Shown one piece after another: positions 1 through 9,166 of a stretch of DNA of 59,178 bases. A program made the position numbers and the translations under genes. The notes below the pieces were generated by a model that had not been told where the DNA came from, ran no database searches, and was given only the letters and a program-made list of their open reading frames with translations. Each line of letters opens with the position of its first letter. Position 1 is the first letter of the stretch. This DNA is from a virus (taxonomy: Duplodnaviria > Caudoviricetes): positions 1 through 59,178 of IMG/VR virus record IMGVR_UViG_3300012940_001187; one strand, given 5' to 3'.

Positions 1-1520
1 CTGACCGGTCCGCCCTTCTTCGGCTTGTCGATCGATTCCCAGTCGCCGGGTTTCGGAAACTCGCCCGTCTCTTTCGCTCGAGCGACCCATGCCGAGCACG
101 GCACCCACTTGGGATTCCAGCGGTAGTACTTCGTTTTTCCCTGGTCATCCCGCGCCGGCTCGCCCGAGACGTAGACGCGGCGCGGAGATCCCCACCGGCG
201 CTTGAGGAACGTCTGATCCTGCATGGCGGAATACGGGATGATGACCGGTTTCGGCGCCGGGATCGGATCGGGTTTGGTGCCGACTCCGGTCTGATGCATC
301 TTCAGAATGGCGCGAATCGCCGCCTGGCGCTGATTGACCATCTGCCGCACCGGCGGGAACGGGCACTCCTTTGGACCAAATTCCCAATGCTCCATATCGG
401 TGATCACGCCGACGGCCGGATTGAGCGGATACGAGTCCCACGGGACCTCGTCTTGATCGAAGATGTAGGCCATCAGCGCGATGTAGGCATTCCACTGGCG
501 CGCCTGTTCCTCCGGTCCCCACGGGTTGTTCTTGTTTCCACCGTCCGACAGCTCGATGGCGCGGAGATCACGGTTGACGGCGTTGATTCCCAATGCCTGA
601 ATGAACGCGATGCCGTCGCCGTCGAGGTCGTTCGCCGGACCGCTCGCCCATGGCGCGATGTCGAGCCCCTTCGGCACCCACTGGTAGATCCTTCCGTCGA
701 GGCTGCCATCCCACGTTCCGCCAATGCCGAAATCGGTCAGCGATCTACCCGCCGCCTCCCCCTGAAAATAGCCGTTCGTTCCGGCGAGGGTCCCGATCAT
801 TCGATGCGTGCAGGTGCCGAGATCGCGACGCACACCCAGCCAGTCGAATGCCGTATTCGGGCCGTTGCTCACGATGTCATGTAGTTCCAAGTCTTCGGGC
901 AGCGGGACACGGCCGAAGACGAGCTTGGTCGTCGGTGTAGACACGGAACCTCCTCCTGCTCCGCTCGAGGGAACAGTGAACTCTCCAAACATTTCGAAGG
1001 CGCGGTCGGCGATTTTGATGTGGCCCTCGGGATCGGTCCACCATTTGCCGGTCATGTCGGCCAACGTGTTGACGGTGCCGGCTAAGCCCTTATCGATGAC
1101 GATCTGGTAGCGAGGGTCGAGATGAATGTGCGGAAAGAGCGGGTTGTTTTCCGCGATCGGGCCATGGATATACACATATTTGTGGACAAGATCCGCGAGC
1201 GCCGCGTCGCGACCGTTTTCGAACGCGAGCATGTCATCCTTCGAGTCGGTCACGCCCAGTCCATCGAGCACCCCGCGCGTTCGATAAATCTTCGACTGCC
1301 AGGGTTTGCCGGTCTTCGGGTCTCCGCACTCGTGGCGGGAATGAACCGCATTGAGATCGGCGTTGATCTGCACTTTGGGTCCGAACTCGTACCAGGTTTC
1401 GAGCGCGTCGGAAAGAAAATCGAGCCGTGCCGCCCCGTTGGCTTTCGCCCAGGCGAGCACCGTTTCCGCGTCACTAATCTGTGGTGAATCCCAACGCGAG
1501 TTGACGGTGTAGCGGGTCAT
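1..1520 (-). CDS. Endolysin, probable zinc N-acetylmuramoyl-L-alanine amidase (partial, runs off left edge; absent from ORF track)
   Basis: Manual translation from ATG at 1520 (MTRYTVNSRW...) is open to the edge; amidase_2-like ligands THRM and EHWEFGPKECP; next to holin. Confidence 0.75.
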   Translation of the reverse strand, partial: MTRYTVNSRWDSPQISDAETVLAWAKANGAARLDFLSDALETWYEFGPKVQINADLNAVHSRHECGDPKTGKPWQSKIYRTRGVLDGLGVTDSKDDMLAFENGRDAALADLVHKYVYIHGPIAENNPLFPHIHLDPRYQIVIDKGLAGTVNTLADMTGKWWTDPEGHIKIADRAFEMFGEFTVPSSGAGGGSVSTPTTKLVFGRVPLPEDLELHDIVSNGPNTAFDWLGVRRDLGTCTHRMIGTLAGTNGYFQGEAAGRSLTDFGIGGTWDGSLDGRIYQWVPKGLDIAPWASGPANDLDGDGIAFIQALGINAVNRDLRAIELSDGGNKNNPWGPEEQARQWNAYIALMAYIFDQDEVPWDSYPLNPAVGVITDMEHWEFGPKECPFPPVRQMVNQRQAAIRAILKMHQTGVGTKPDPIPAPKPVIIPYSAMQDQTFLKRRWGSPRRVYVSGEPARDDQGKTKYYRWNPKWVPCSAWVARAKETGEFPKPGDWESIDKPKKGGPV

Positions 1521-1525
1521 GGCAC

Positions 1526-2032
1526 CTACTCCTGCGGTGGCCGCTTTACCTCGCAGGACGCAAGATTGTTCACTTGTGCTTGGAGGGAAACGACAAGAGA
1601 AAAGAGCTCGTCGAGCTTGCGGTCACGTCGTAGTTCGCTTTCGGCACGTTGCGAATCAACGACTCGTATCGAAGCGAATTGCTCGTTTCCGCGATCTAGC
1701 CGCTCATAGATGGGGCGTAGCGCCGGGGGCAACATCGCGGCAAGCTCTTCGCGCACCGTACGCCGAACACGCGGCTCGAATTCGCCATTCAACGCATGAG
1801 CCGTGCGCTCGACTCCTTCGCTGATCGGTTTCAGGAACAGGCCGATGAGAGTCGCGATGCCGGTATAGCCGGCGACTGTGGCCCCGAGAATCTCCATCGT
1901 GCGGTCACTATGCACAGCCTCAAGGAGCACAGCCTCAAGCGATAAGATCGCGGCGAGCACGACGGCCGCAATGATCAGCTTCCCCTTGTTATCTCGCACT
2001 GTCTTCACCGTCGTGCCGAACACGCTTACCAC
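1526..2032 (-). CDS. Holin-like membrane protein
   Basis: Two N-terminal hydrophobic segments and a coiled C-terminus, directly upstream of endolysin. Confidence 0.6.
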   Translation of the reverse strand: MVSVFGTTVKTVRDNKGKLIIAAVVLAAILSLEAVLLEAVHSDRTMEILGATVAGYTGIATLIGLFLKPISEGVERTAHALNGEFEPRVRRTVREELAAMLPPALRPIYERLDRGNEQFASIRVVDSQRAESELRRDRKLDELFSLVVSLQAQVNNLASCEVKRPPQE

Positions 2033-2114
2033 GCCTTACTGGTACTTTCTGGATACGGATTCTCGTTTTTCTGGTTCTCTCCGTGCCACCAATAATTCGA
2101 CCATTTAGGACAAG

Positions 2115-2148
2115 AAGTATTGACAAATACGAGTATATAGATATACTT
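2115..2148 (+). promoter_or_regulatory. Sigma70-type promoter of the AAGTATTGAC...ATATACTT family
   Basis: TTGACA 2120-2125, 16 bp spacer, TATACT 2142-2147, upstream of plus-strand operon. Confidence 0.8.
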
Positions 2149-2181
2149 GAATCATCGATCGGATGACGGACCGATTCGGGG

Positions 2182-2955
2182 ATGAGGATAGAGACGATGG
2201 AAACCACTGAGACCTGCAACTACCTTCGCCAGCAGTACGAGCTTGAAAAAACGCTCGAAGACGCGCGGCGCGCGGCCGATCAATTGGAGCGCGATCGTCG
2301 AGCTACTGCCGCCATGAAGGCAAACATGTGGCTCAGCGTTACGCGGTTGCAGGAACGCCTCGATGCGCTGCGCCCCCTGGTCGATGCGGAAGCGGAGGCG
2401 TACTACGCGGAACTGGCGGCGATGAGTGACAACGAGCGCGAAGCGCAAGAGACCGAATCGTTCATCGCGAGCCTCGATCAATACACGAACATTCGCGACC
2501 TGGTGGTCCTCATGTCGGCAATTGACGAGGATGTCCGAGATGGTCGAATGCTCGCCGATGATGCACGGATTGCTGCAACACAGGCGGCAATCAAGCGCCT
2601 CACTGTTACGCAGGATGCCGCCATCACCGAGGATGGGTCCGCAGCAGTCGAAACGGCCGAGCGCATCCTTTCCGCGGCTCGCACGATTCAGCGCCGCCAA
2701 GTCCTTGCCGAGCGATTCGTCAGAGTATGGGTCTATGACGATCCGGACTATCCCAACGTCTGGGATGGAGAGCTGATGACGATGGCCGCAGCGTCACTGG
2801 CGATTGCTGAACGGAGCGCCAATCAGCCTCCAAGGATCACCCGGACCTACGAGGGCTACTGGTCCTTCTGCTGGCGCTTTGGTCAACGCATCGTCGTCAA
2901 GGGTGCGACCGCTGATGAGCTCCGCGATGCCTATCGCGCCGCGAACGCCGCTTAG
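2182..2955 (+). CDS. Hypothetical coiled-coil protein (moron operon gene 1)
   Basis: 257 aa ORF behind strong promoter, opposite to structural genes. Confidence 0.7.
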   Translation: MRIETMETTETCNYLRQQYELEKTLEDARRAADQLERDRRATAAMKANMWLSVTRLQERLDALRPLVDAEAEAYYAELAAMSDNEREAQETESFIASLDQYTNIRDLVVLMSAIDEDVRDGRMLADDARIAATQAAIKRLTVTQDAAITEDGSAAVETAERILSAARTIQRRQVLAERFVRVWVYDDPDYPNVWDGELMTMAAASLAIAERSANQPPRITRTYEGYWSFCWRFGQRIVVKGATADELRDAYRAANAA

Positions 2956-2983
2956 TCAGGGTTACACAGAAAGGATCGACAAC

Positions 2984-3421
2984 ATGGATCGTCTCGCCCA
3001 AACCTCCATCGCCCACGTTAGCATCCGTTCCCGCAATCGCGATCGCCAAACCGAGATTGTGATCGCGAACTATCCGGCCCTCATGGAGCGCTCCCACCGC
3101 CTTTGCGTGTACGTCGCGCTGCCGGTGACGCTGGACACGCCGGCTCCGGAGATGACACTCGCGTCATATCACGTACACGGAAGCGACGGATTGAGCGTGG
3201 TCGGTTACGACGCCGATGCTCGGCTTTCGGGCCACGCTCTCGAGACCTGGCTCGCTGCCATAGCCGACGACGTGCGCGCACTGGTGAGAGGCGACACTCC
3301 CACCGATCGCGCCGAGGCGGAGGCGCCGTTCGTTGCCCTCGATGTCAGCCCCGATGCACCGATCGAGGATGTGCTCTCCTATATCAGAAAGTACGCTGGC
3401 CTCAAGGCAATCAGGGCATGA
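2984..3421 (+). CDS. Hypothetical protein (moron operon gene 2)
   Basis: ATG at 2984 preceded by AAAGGA SD. Confidence 0.65.
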   Translation: MDRLAQTSIAHVSIRSRNRDRQTEIVIANYPALMERSHRLCVYVALPVTLDTPAPEMTLASYHVHGSDGLSVVGYDADARLSGHALETWLAAIADDVRALVRGDTPTDRAEAEAPFVALDVSPDAPIEDVLSYIRKYAGLKAIRA

Positions 3422-3606
3422 TGACGTTGACGAAATGGATCATCCTCCGCGATGGCCAGCCGATCTACTCGAGCACTTCGAAAACTCGATTTGACGTGCA
3501 ACTCGCCGATTACCGAGCGGCTGGCGTCGTTGTCGACTGGACAACGGAACTCTTGACGCTCGCTCCGTATTCCTCTTCCCAATCTCCGACGTTGGCGCTC
3601 AGGTAA
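3418..3606 (+). CDS. Small hypothetical protein (moron operon gene 3)
   Basis: ATGA overlap with upstream stop; MMTLTKWIILRDG... Confidence 0.55.
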   Translation: MMTLTKWIILRDGQPIYSSTSKTRFDVQLADYRAAGVVVDWTTELLTLAPYSSSQSPTLALR

Positions 3607-3635
3607 CGCGCCAGTCCCAACTCCCCTCTTCCCAA

Positions 3636-3665
3636 GACAGCCGCGTGCAGTTGCACGCGGCTGTC
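3636..3665 (+). terminator. Strong hairpin, probable terminator
   Basis: GACAGCCGCGTGCA-GT-TGCACGCGGCTGTC perfect inverted repeat after the operon; no clear U-tract. Confidence 0.55.
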
Positions 3666-3778
3666 GCCATTTAGAATGGGGAATGTCGACGCTCCTGGAT
3701 ATTCGAACGCTGATCAACTGAATCAACATCGGAGTCCTATTCGTTTAGAATCGCGGCGGATCAACTGGGAGGATTTCG

Positions 3779-4366
3779 ATGCGCCGCTTGCTTCTCGTAC
3801 TCGTCGCCTCAATAGGACTCTTGCCATGCACCGCATTCGCGCAATCGGCGACACCGGTTGCTGCCCCGCTGTCCGTCTATTTGCCGGGCGCAAGCGACTT
3901 AGGTGAAGGATGGTCTGTCGCGCCTGATTCGGCGGGCCCGAACTTTCAGGGCCTCGATGGGGTCAGTGCTTCGTATGTTGGCCCAGCCGGCGCCAGGATC
4001 GTGATCGGAGTTTCCGAGCTGGAGTCGGGGATCACCGGCCGCGCCTATGACTGGGAGTTGCTCACGGAAACTTGGAAGGATTGGGCGGAGTACTACGCGC
4101 ACACGGGCGTACGGCGAAGCGAGTGGATCACAATCGATCCTGCCGACGCCGTTCAGGCCCCACTTCCGGCCGGAACTGTTGACGCGCTGGCCATGGAGCT
4201 CTCGCTCGTCTATTTCAATATGCCGGCTGCGGTCGGTCTCTATGCGTTGGACTCGGGGCAGGCGGTGATCATCATTCTCGAGGGAGAGGTCGAGGGCCAG
4301 ACGGGCATCGACGCGATGGAAACCGTCTTGACTGCCGTGATGAATGCTCCGGATCTGCCTCGCTAG
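3779..4366 (+). CDS. Secreted protein with signal peptide
   Basis: MRRLLLVLVASIGLLPCTAFA|QSATPVA; GGAGG SD. Confidence 0.75.
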   Translation: MRRLLLVLVASIGLLPCTAFAQSATPVAAPLSVYLPGASDLGEGWSVAPDSAGPNFQGLDGVSASYVGPAGARIVIGVSELESGITGRAYDWELLTETWKDWAEYYAHTGVRRSEWITIDPADAVQAPLPAGTVDALAMELSLVYFNMPAAVGLYALDSGQAVIIILEGEVEGQTGIDAMETVLTAVMNAPDLPR

Positions 4367-4989
4367 TAGCCCACGACAAAAAACAGCCATTGGTAGGTTG
4401 ACCCGCTCGTGAGCGCGGCTCCTACCGTGAGCGAGAATGAAACGCTCGAGCGGCTGGCCGGACCGATGTTGGTCACTGCCCGGGCCGCGTTCGAGTTTGG
4501 CGTCAATCCCACGAAGTAATTTCCGTTCGCCCGAGGCGAAGAAAACGTTATCGTTAGCACGCTCCCGCTCGCGATCCCGCTCCCTCCCGGTACGAGTTGG
4601 ACCATCCCGGCCGTGTCGGTGCCGGTGATCGAAACGGTAGCCGAGCTACCCGCCGCCGCGAGCGCACTAACACTCGGGGTCGCTCCGATCGAGCGAATCT
4701 GCGCCGGGAGCTCTAGCTCCGTCGGGATACTCCCGTCGTCGATCGTGCCGATGACGACGAACTCCTCACCGCTCTCACCGATCGGTGCGACCAAGACCAG
4801 GTCACCCTGCTCGATGAGTACCCCCTTGATCTTTGCCGCCGGTTGATCGAACGGAATGCCGTCCTCCTGCAGCGTGACAGTCCCGCCGGAGATGGCATCG
4901 ACAACCGCCTGGAACGGGATCACTGTTCGATGCAGGCGCTGTTGTTCCCGGAGCAACCGCTGCTTTGCCTGCTTGCCTTCGCCTCTCAT
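4363..4989 (-). CDS. Minor tail / tail tip protein
   Basis: End of tail module; Gly/Ser/Thr-rich beta-type C-terminus. Confidence 0.6.
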   Translation of the reverse strand: MRGEGKQAKQRLLREQQRLHRTVIPFQAVVDAISGGTVTLQEDGIPFDQPAAKIKGVLIEQGDLVLVAPIGESGEEFVVIGTIDDGSIPTELELPAQIRSIGATPSVSALAAAGSSATVSITGTDTAGMVQLVPGGSGIASGSVLTITFSSPRANGNYFVGLTPNSNAARAVTNIGPASRSSVSFSLTVGAALTSGSTYQWLFFVVGY

Positions 4990-6098
4990 GCTGCAACCTC
5001 TACGTAGTCAACGGTCTTGCCGAAGGTCAGTTCCACGAGCGCCGTTTCGGGGCTAGTCCCGACCTTCCATCCTTTGATGTGATACCGGCCGGCACGCGGC
5101 TCGCCATTGACGATCAACGCCGGATCGAGATCGACCGTCCGCTGGATGCCGAGCCATGAGGGATCGGGCTTCAATTTGCAGACATAGGTCTGGCCGAACG
5201 ATCCCATGTCGCGCAGCGTCTTCGCCGCGAGCGCCTCAAGATCGGCAATGGTTTTCACGTTCGAGTCCGACACCTCGTAGACGATATGCCGGCCGGGCGG
5301 ATTCATGTTTTGGATGGAGATCGGCGAGTCCGGGTCTCGGTTATAGGCGTAGCGCACGATCTCCTGCTGGCCGGACCGCTGCATCTTCGCCATCACCGTG
5401 TTCGGCACCGTTTCGGCAGCGGGGGTGGCCGTAATGCTCCCAACCACCACCCGCGGGCCAATCACGCCCACCGGCGCGACCTGGCTCCAGTCGCGGTATG
5501 GCAGCGTCGTCAGCGCGCCGTTCAAATCCATGTAGATGTTGTACCAGCCGATCGATCCGGCGAGCGCGTTTGCAACCTCCGCGCGATTCTTCCCGCGCCG
5601 GCGCGTGAAACCGTCCGACATCGTGCGAGTCGTGCGCCGCACGTTGAGGTTCGTGAACCCGGCATCACGCAGCACCTGCTCGAGCGCTTCGCCGTAATTC
5701 GTGCCGGCCGGGAAATTGAGCGTCCCGAACAGCACCGAATTCCTCAATACCCAGGTCAGATCCTTCCCGGTGTAGGTGGCGACAACACCGGCATCGATCT
5801 CTTTCTTCGGCAGATTCAGCACAAAGACGCCCAGCCGGGTCCGGCGAATGGTGCCGTCGCCCCAGCGGTAGGTGATCTCCGGACTCACAAACGTGTTTTG
5901 GGCGGCCAGCGGCGCCAGTCGTTCCTTCATGCTGAAGTCGACTTTCATCGCGGTGCCGCCGCTCAGATCCTGGTTCCATTGCACGGTGCAATCGAGCACC
6001 TGATCAGAGATGTCATCGATCGGCTTACCCCCGATGTCGGTGAGATAGACCCGGGAATCGATGGTGACACCACCGCCGAATGACGCTACGTCTGCCAT
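4986..6098 (-). CDS. Tail hub / baseplate-like minor tail protein
   Basis: 370 aa, LGVF...GKDLT segment and position typical of siphovirus hub proteins. Confidence 0.6.
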   Translation of the reverse strand: MADVASFGGGVTIDSRVYLTDIGGKPIDDISDQVLDCTVQWNQDLSGGTAMKVDFSMKERLAPLAAQNTFVSPEITYRWGDGTIRRTRLGVFVLNLPKKEIDAGVVATYTGKDLTWVLRNSVLFGTLNFPAGTNYGEALEQVLRDAGFTNLNVRRTTRTMSDGFTRRRGKNRAEVANALAGSIGWYNIYMDLNGALTTLPYRDWSQVAPVGVIGPRVVVGSITATPAAETVPNTVMAKMQRSGQQEIVRYAYNRDPDSPISIQNMNPPGRHIVYEVSDSNVKTIADLEALAAKTLRDMGSFGQTYVCKLKPDPSWLGIQRTVDLDPALIVNGEPRAGRYHIKGWKVGTSPETALVELTFGKTVDYVEVAA

Positions 6099-9000
6099 CA
6101 GACAACATCTCCTTGATTGCCGATGCCCTCGTCGTATGCCTCCGACACGCCCTTTACCGTCAAGTCACGCCGTTGCTTGCGGCCGTCTTCGAATCCCACC
6201 CCGGCTTTCCGCGGAATGCTGATGAAGTCCCGCCTGCTGTAGCCGTCACGCACGCAGATCGGGCCGCCGAACTTGTTCAGTGCGCGCACTTGCGCTTCCT
6301 GCTCCGCGGCGAGCACATCGTCGTAGTCGATCAACATGACGGTCGCCGAGTAATTCCACCAAACCTGGGAGGTCCGGACGGTAAACGGTGCTTCCTCGCC
6401 GCGGGTGATGTACTGCGCGTCCTGACCGTCGCTGGTGATGCCGCGGTTGACCCAGCCTTCGCACATCAGCCGCTCGGCGGTGGGGTCGAGCGCGTTGCAC
6501 CAGACCAGGCCCTCGAAATCGACACGAGCCGTGACATAGACCCGCTCCGACTCGCGCGAAGTGCCGTCGACTTCGGTGACCTGGCTCACCCAATACGTCA
6601 GATCGATTCCCGCGCGCGGCAGGTAATCGATGAAACTGGTCTGGCTGGGAGTCGTGATCTCACCGAGCGGATCTTCGAGATCAAGCCGTCCGTAGAGGTA
6701 GCCCCGCCATTCATCCATGCTCTCTTCGGTCTGGCCGAATGAAACCCGGATCGCCGATGCCTGTGGCTCGTCGTTGACGTAGACCGGCGTTGCCGTCACC
6801 GGATCGAGCGCCGGCGGACGCTCGATCGTCACCTGGATATTCGTGACTTCGGCGGTGCCCTGGAGACCGTTGATATCTTCGACAAGGACGACAAAGCGAT
6901 AGAGCCCACCGTCGTGGAGGTAGCCGGCCGATGGGCGGTAGCTATGCGAGTCGGTCACCTGCCAATTGGAGCGTCTGACGATCTCGCCCGTCACCATGTC
7001 GCGCACTTCGACATTTCGGCGCACCTGTTCCGGCGCCGTGTATTCGATGAGTGGGCGAACGGTATTGATCACATCGCCCGAGGAGTGCGATGTGATCGTG
7101 ACATCCGGCCCATCGGAGTATTCGATCGTGACCGGATCGGAGCGCACGGCATCGCTCGCGTTCGTCACGCCGCCGCTGTAAAGGGTGCCGTCGAAGCCGA
7201 ACGCACTCAAGCGGTATGTCCCGAATTCAGGGAGGTCGCTCTCATCGAGCTGATGTTCCCAGAGTCCGGTGCCTTCATTGATCTCGGTGGTTTCGATCCG
7301 TTCCCACGTCGGTGCGAACGCATCCGCATAGATCGTCCCGGTGACGCCGCCACTCGCGGCGAACGCGCGGAACCCAATCTTTGCGTACTTCACTCCGGCC
7401 GGGGCGGTCGCCGTGTAATCGTTGCGCAACCAGGAATTCGCCGTTGGCGCGAAGTTCGGCTCATCCGAGGTCGAGAGCAACACATTGCTCGCGTCGTACC
7501 AGCGAATCGCGCGAAGATGCCGGAGGCTCACATTCGTCGTGCAGAGCGAGGTCCTAACCGTCAGCTTCGAACCGGCAACGATTGGAATCTGATCGTTCGC
7601 GAAGACGTAAGCGCTGCCCCCGCCGGTGTTCCCGGTGACCGCGATTCTGATCGAGCCGCCATCACCGTCGGCCACGACCGACGTCTCCGCACTCACCGTA
7701 CGCGTGATCCCGGCCGATGGGGCATCGGCGGTCCAACCGCTGATGCTCCCGCCGGCGAACGACGGATTCGCCAGCTCGGGATCGTGATCGATGACGAGCG
7801 AGTAGACCAGGCCGCTGCTGGTGGTATCGTCCGGGTCGGTCCCCTCGAAGGTGACAAGCGAGAGGTCGGTAATGATTCCGCCGGCAGGGGAGAGATTCGC
7901 TGGGATCATCGGCGGCGTATTGGTCGCGAATGCCGGTCCGGAGTACCACGCGGTCGCGGTATCGGTGGTGTCGGTCGCCATCAGCTGAACGAAGTACGGC
8001 TGGCCCCAATCGAGATCATCGAGCCCGAGTGCCGCAAAGGTTGCCGTGAACGGGCTACCGTTGGCGACCGACTTGGTGATGATGTCGCCAGTGTCGATGA
8101 CCGTGGAGCCCTGCCGCACGCGCGCTCGGAGCGTCTTCATCGCCAAGCCGCTCGCGTGGTGCCAGACGCCGCTCACGGTCGGTGAAACGGTCTGGAGCAC
8201 TCCGGTTGGACCGTTGACATCGATGCTTCCGGCAGCAGGGATGACAAAACTCAGGCGGTCACTGAATTCGCCCCAGGCATCTGCCCAGTCCTGATGGGCG
8301 ATATCCCATTGGTATTCGACGCCGCGGGAAAGGGCCGGACCGGCATAGATGTAATCGGTCGCATTCGCCGACCGCTCCGCCGAGCTCGCCGTGTAGGTGC
8401 GGTCGAAAAACGGGGTCTCGGCATTCCCTAGATAGAAGCGAATCCGCACCCGCTTGACGACGTCGCCACAATCGTTGCCGTCGTTGCCCGGCCCCCACGC
8501 GCCGTTCCGGTCGCGAAACGCACTCTTGAACCGGGGAGTAAGCGTGTCGAGATTTTCGACCGTGCGCTCAACTGGAACACGCGGAGCCTCATTCGTATAG
8601 CACTCGGCCCAGAGCGAGAGCTTCCCTTCGGGGACGCCGTCTACCTGACCGAACGGATTCGGCGGAGTTGTGCCGGACGATCTGTCATAGAAATTGACGT
8701 TGCCGGAAACACCCGGCCGGCCAGATGCCGCCATGTTGTGCGCGATTCGCGCTCCGATCGCGACGTACGCGAGTCCCAGGTCGTGGCCGGCCGGAAGGAG
8801 GGCGCCTTTGGTACTCGGGCCGCTGTCAGATACCGCGAGCCCAGCCTCGATGTTCTGCCCACCACCGGAGCCCGTCGCCTCATCGAGCAACACCGTGACA
8901 TTTTGCGCGGCGATATAGCAGAGGCGATCGTCAAGTCCGCCCTCAGCGTCGTAGGCGACGATCCGCGCCTGGCCATCGGTGCCGTCGTCTCCCAATCGGC

Positions 9001-9151
9001 CACCGAGTCGTTTGATCCAGAGTGGCTCCGCGTAGGGATTTTCAAACACACACGCCCGCAACTGGCCCGCCGCGATCGAACCGAAGTCGGGATCGGGTGT
9101 GGTGGTGATCTTGCGTCCTAAGATTCGTTGCACAACAGGCATGAGATTCAA
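6098..9151 (-). CDS. Large minor tail protein with Ig/FN3-like folds and a carbohydrate-binding-like module
   Basis: 1017 aa after tape measure; NPSF...GW and IRWYD...W...TAPAG segment. Confidence 0.7.
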   Translation of the reverse strand: MNLMPVVQRILGRKITTTPDPDFGSIAAGQLRACVFENPYAEPLWIKRLGGRLGDDGTDGQARIVAYDAEGGLDDRLCYIAAQNVTVLLDEATGSGGGQNIEAGLAVSDSGPSTKGALLPAGHDLGLAYVAIGARIAHNMAASGRPGVSGNVNFYDRSSGTTPPNPFGQVDGVPEGKLSLWAECYTNEAPRVPVERTVENLDTLTPRFKSAFRDRNGAWGPGNDGNDCGDVVKRVRIRFYLGNAETPFFDRTYTASSAERSANATDYIYAGPALSRGVEYQWDIAHQDWADAWGEFSDRLSFVIPAAGSIDVNGPTGVLQTVSPTVSGVWHHASGLAMKTLRARVRQGSTVIDTGDIITKSVANGSPFTATFAALGLDDLDWGQPYFVQLMATDTTDTATAWYSGPAFATNTPPMIPANLSPAGGIITDLSLVTFEGTDPDDTTSSGLVYSLVIDHDPELANPSFAGGSISGWTADAPSAGITRTVSAETSVVADGDGGSIRIAVTGNTGGGSAYVFANDQIPIVAGSKLTVRTSLCTTNVSLRHLRAIRWYDASNVLLSTSDEPNFAPTANSWLRNDYTATAPAGVKYAKIGFRAFAASGGVTGTIYADAFAPTWERIETTEINEGTGLWEHQLDESDLPEFGTYRLSAFGFDGTLYSGGVTNASDAVRSDPVTIEYSDGPDVTITSHSSGDVINTVRPLIEYTAPEQVRRNVEVRDMVTGEIVRRSNWQVTDSHSYRPSAGYLHDGGLYRFVVLVEDINGLQGTAEVTNIQVTIERPPALDPVTATPVYVNDEPQASAIRVSFGQTEESMDEWRGYLYGRLDLEDPLGEITTPSQTSFIDYLPRAGIDLTYWVSQVTEVDGTSRESERVYVTARVDFEGLVWCNALDPTAERLMCEGWVNRGITSDGQDAQYITRGEEAPFTVRTSQVWWNYSATVMLIDYDDVLAAEQEAQVRALNKFGGPICVRDGYSRRDFISIPRKAGVGFEDGRKQRRDLTVKGVSEAYDEGIGNQGDVV

Positions 9152-9166
9152 CCGTCCTGGTTTCGA

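Noticed and set aside
145-1487. Short ORF-track entries at the left edge and at 58330-59172
   Set aside because: Superseded by the edge-truncated endolysin and cinA frames
4363-9151. Diversity-generating retroelement or invertible tail cassette
   Set aside because: No reverse transcriptase, TR/VR pair or invertase seen
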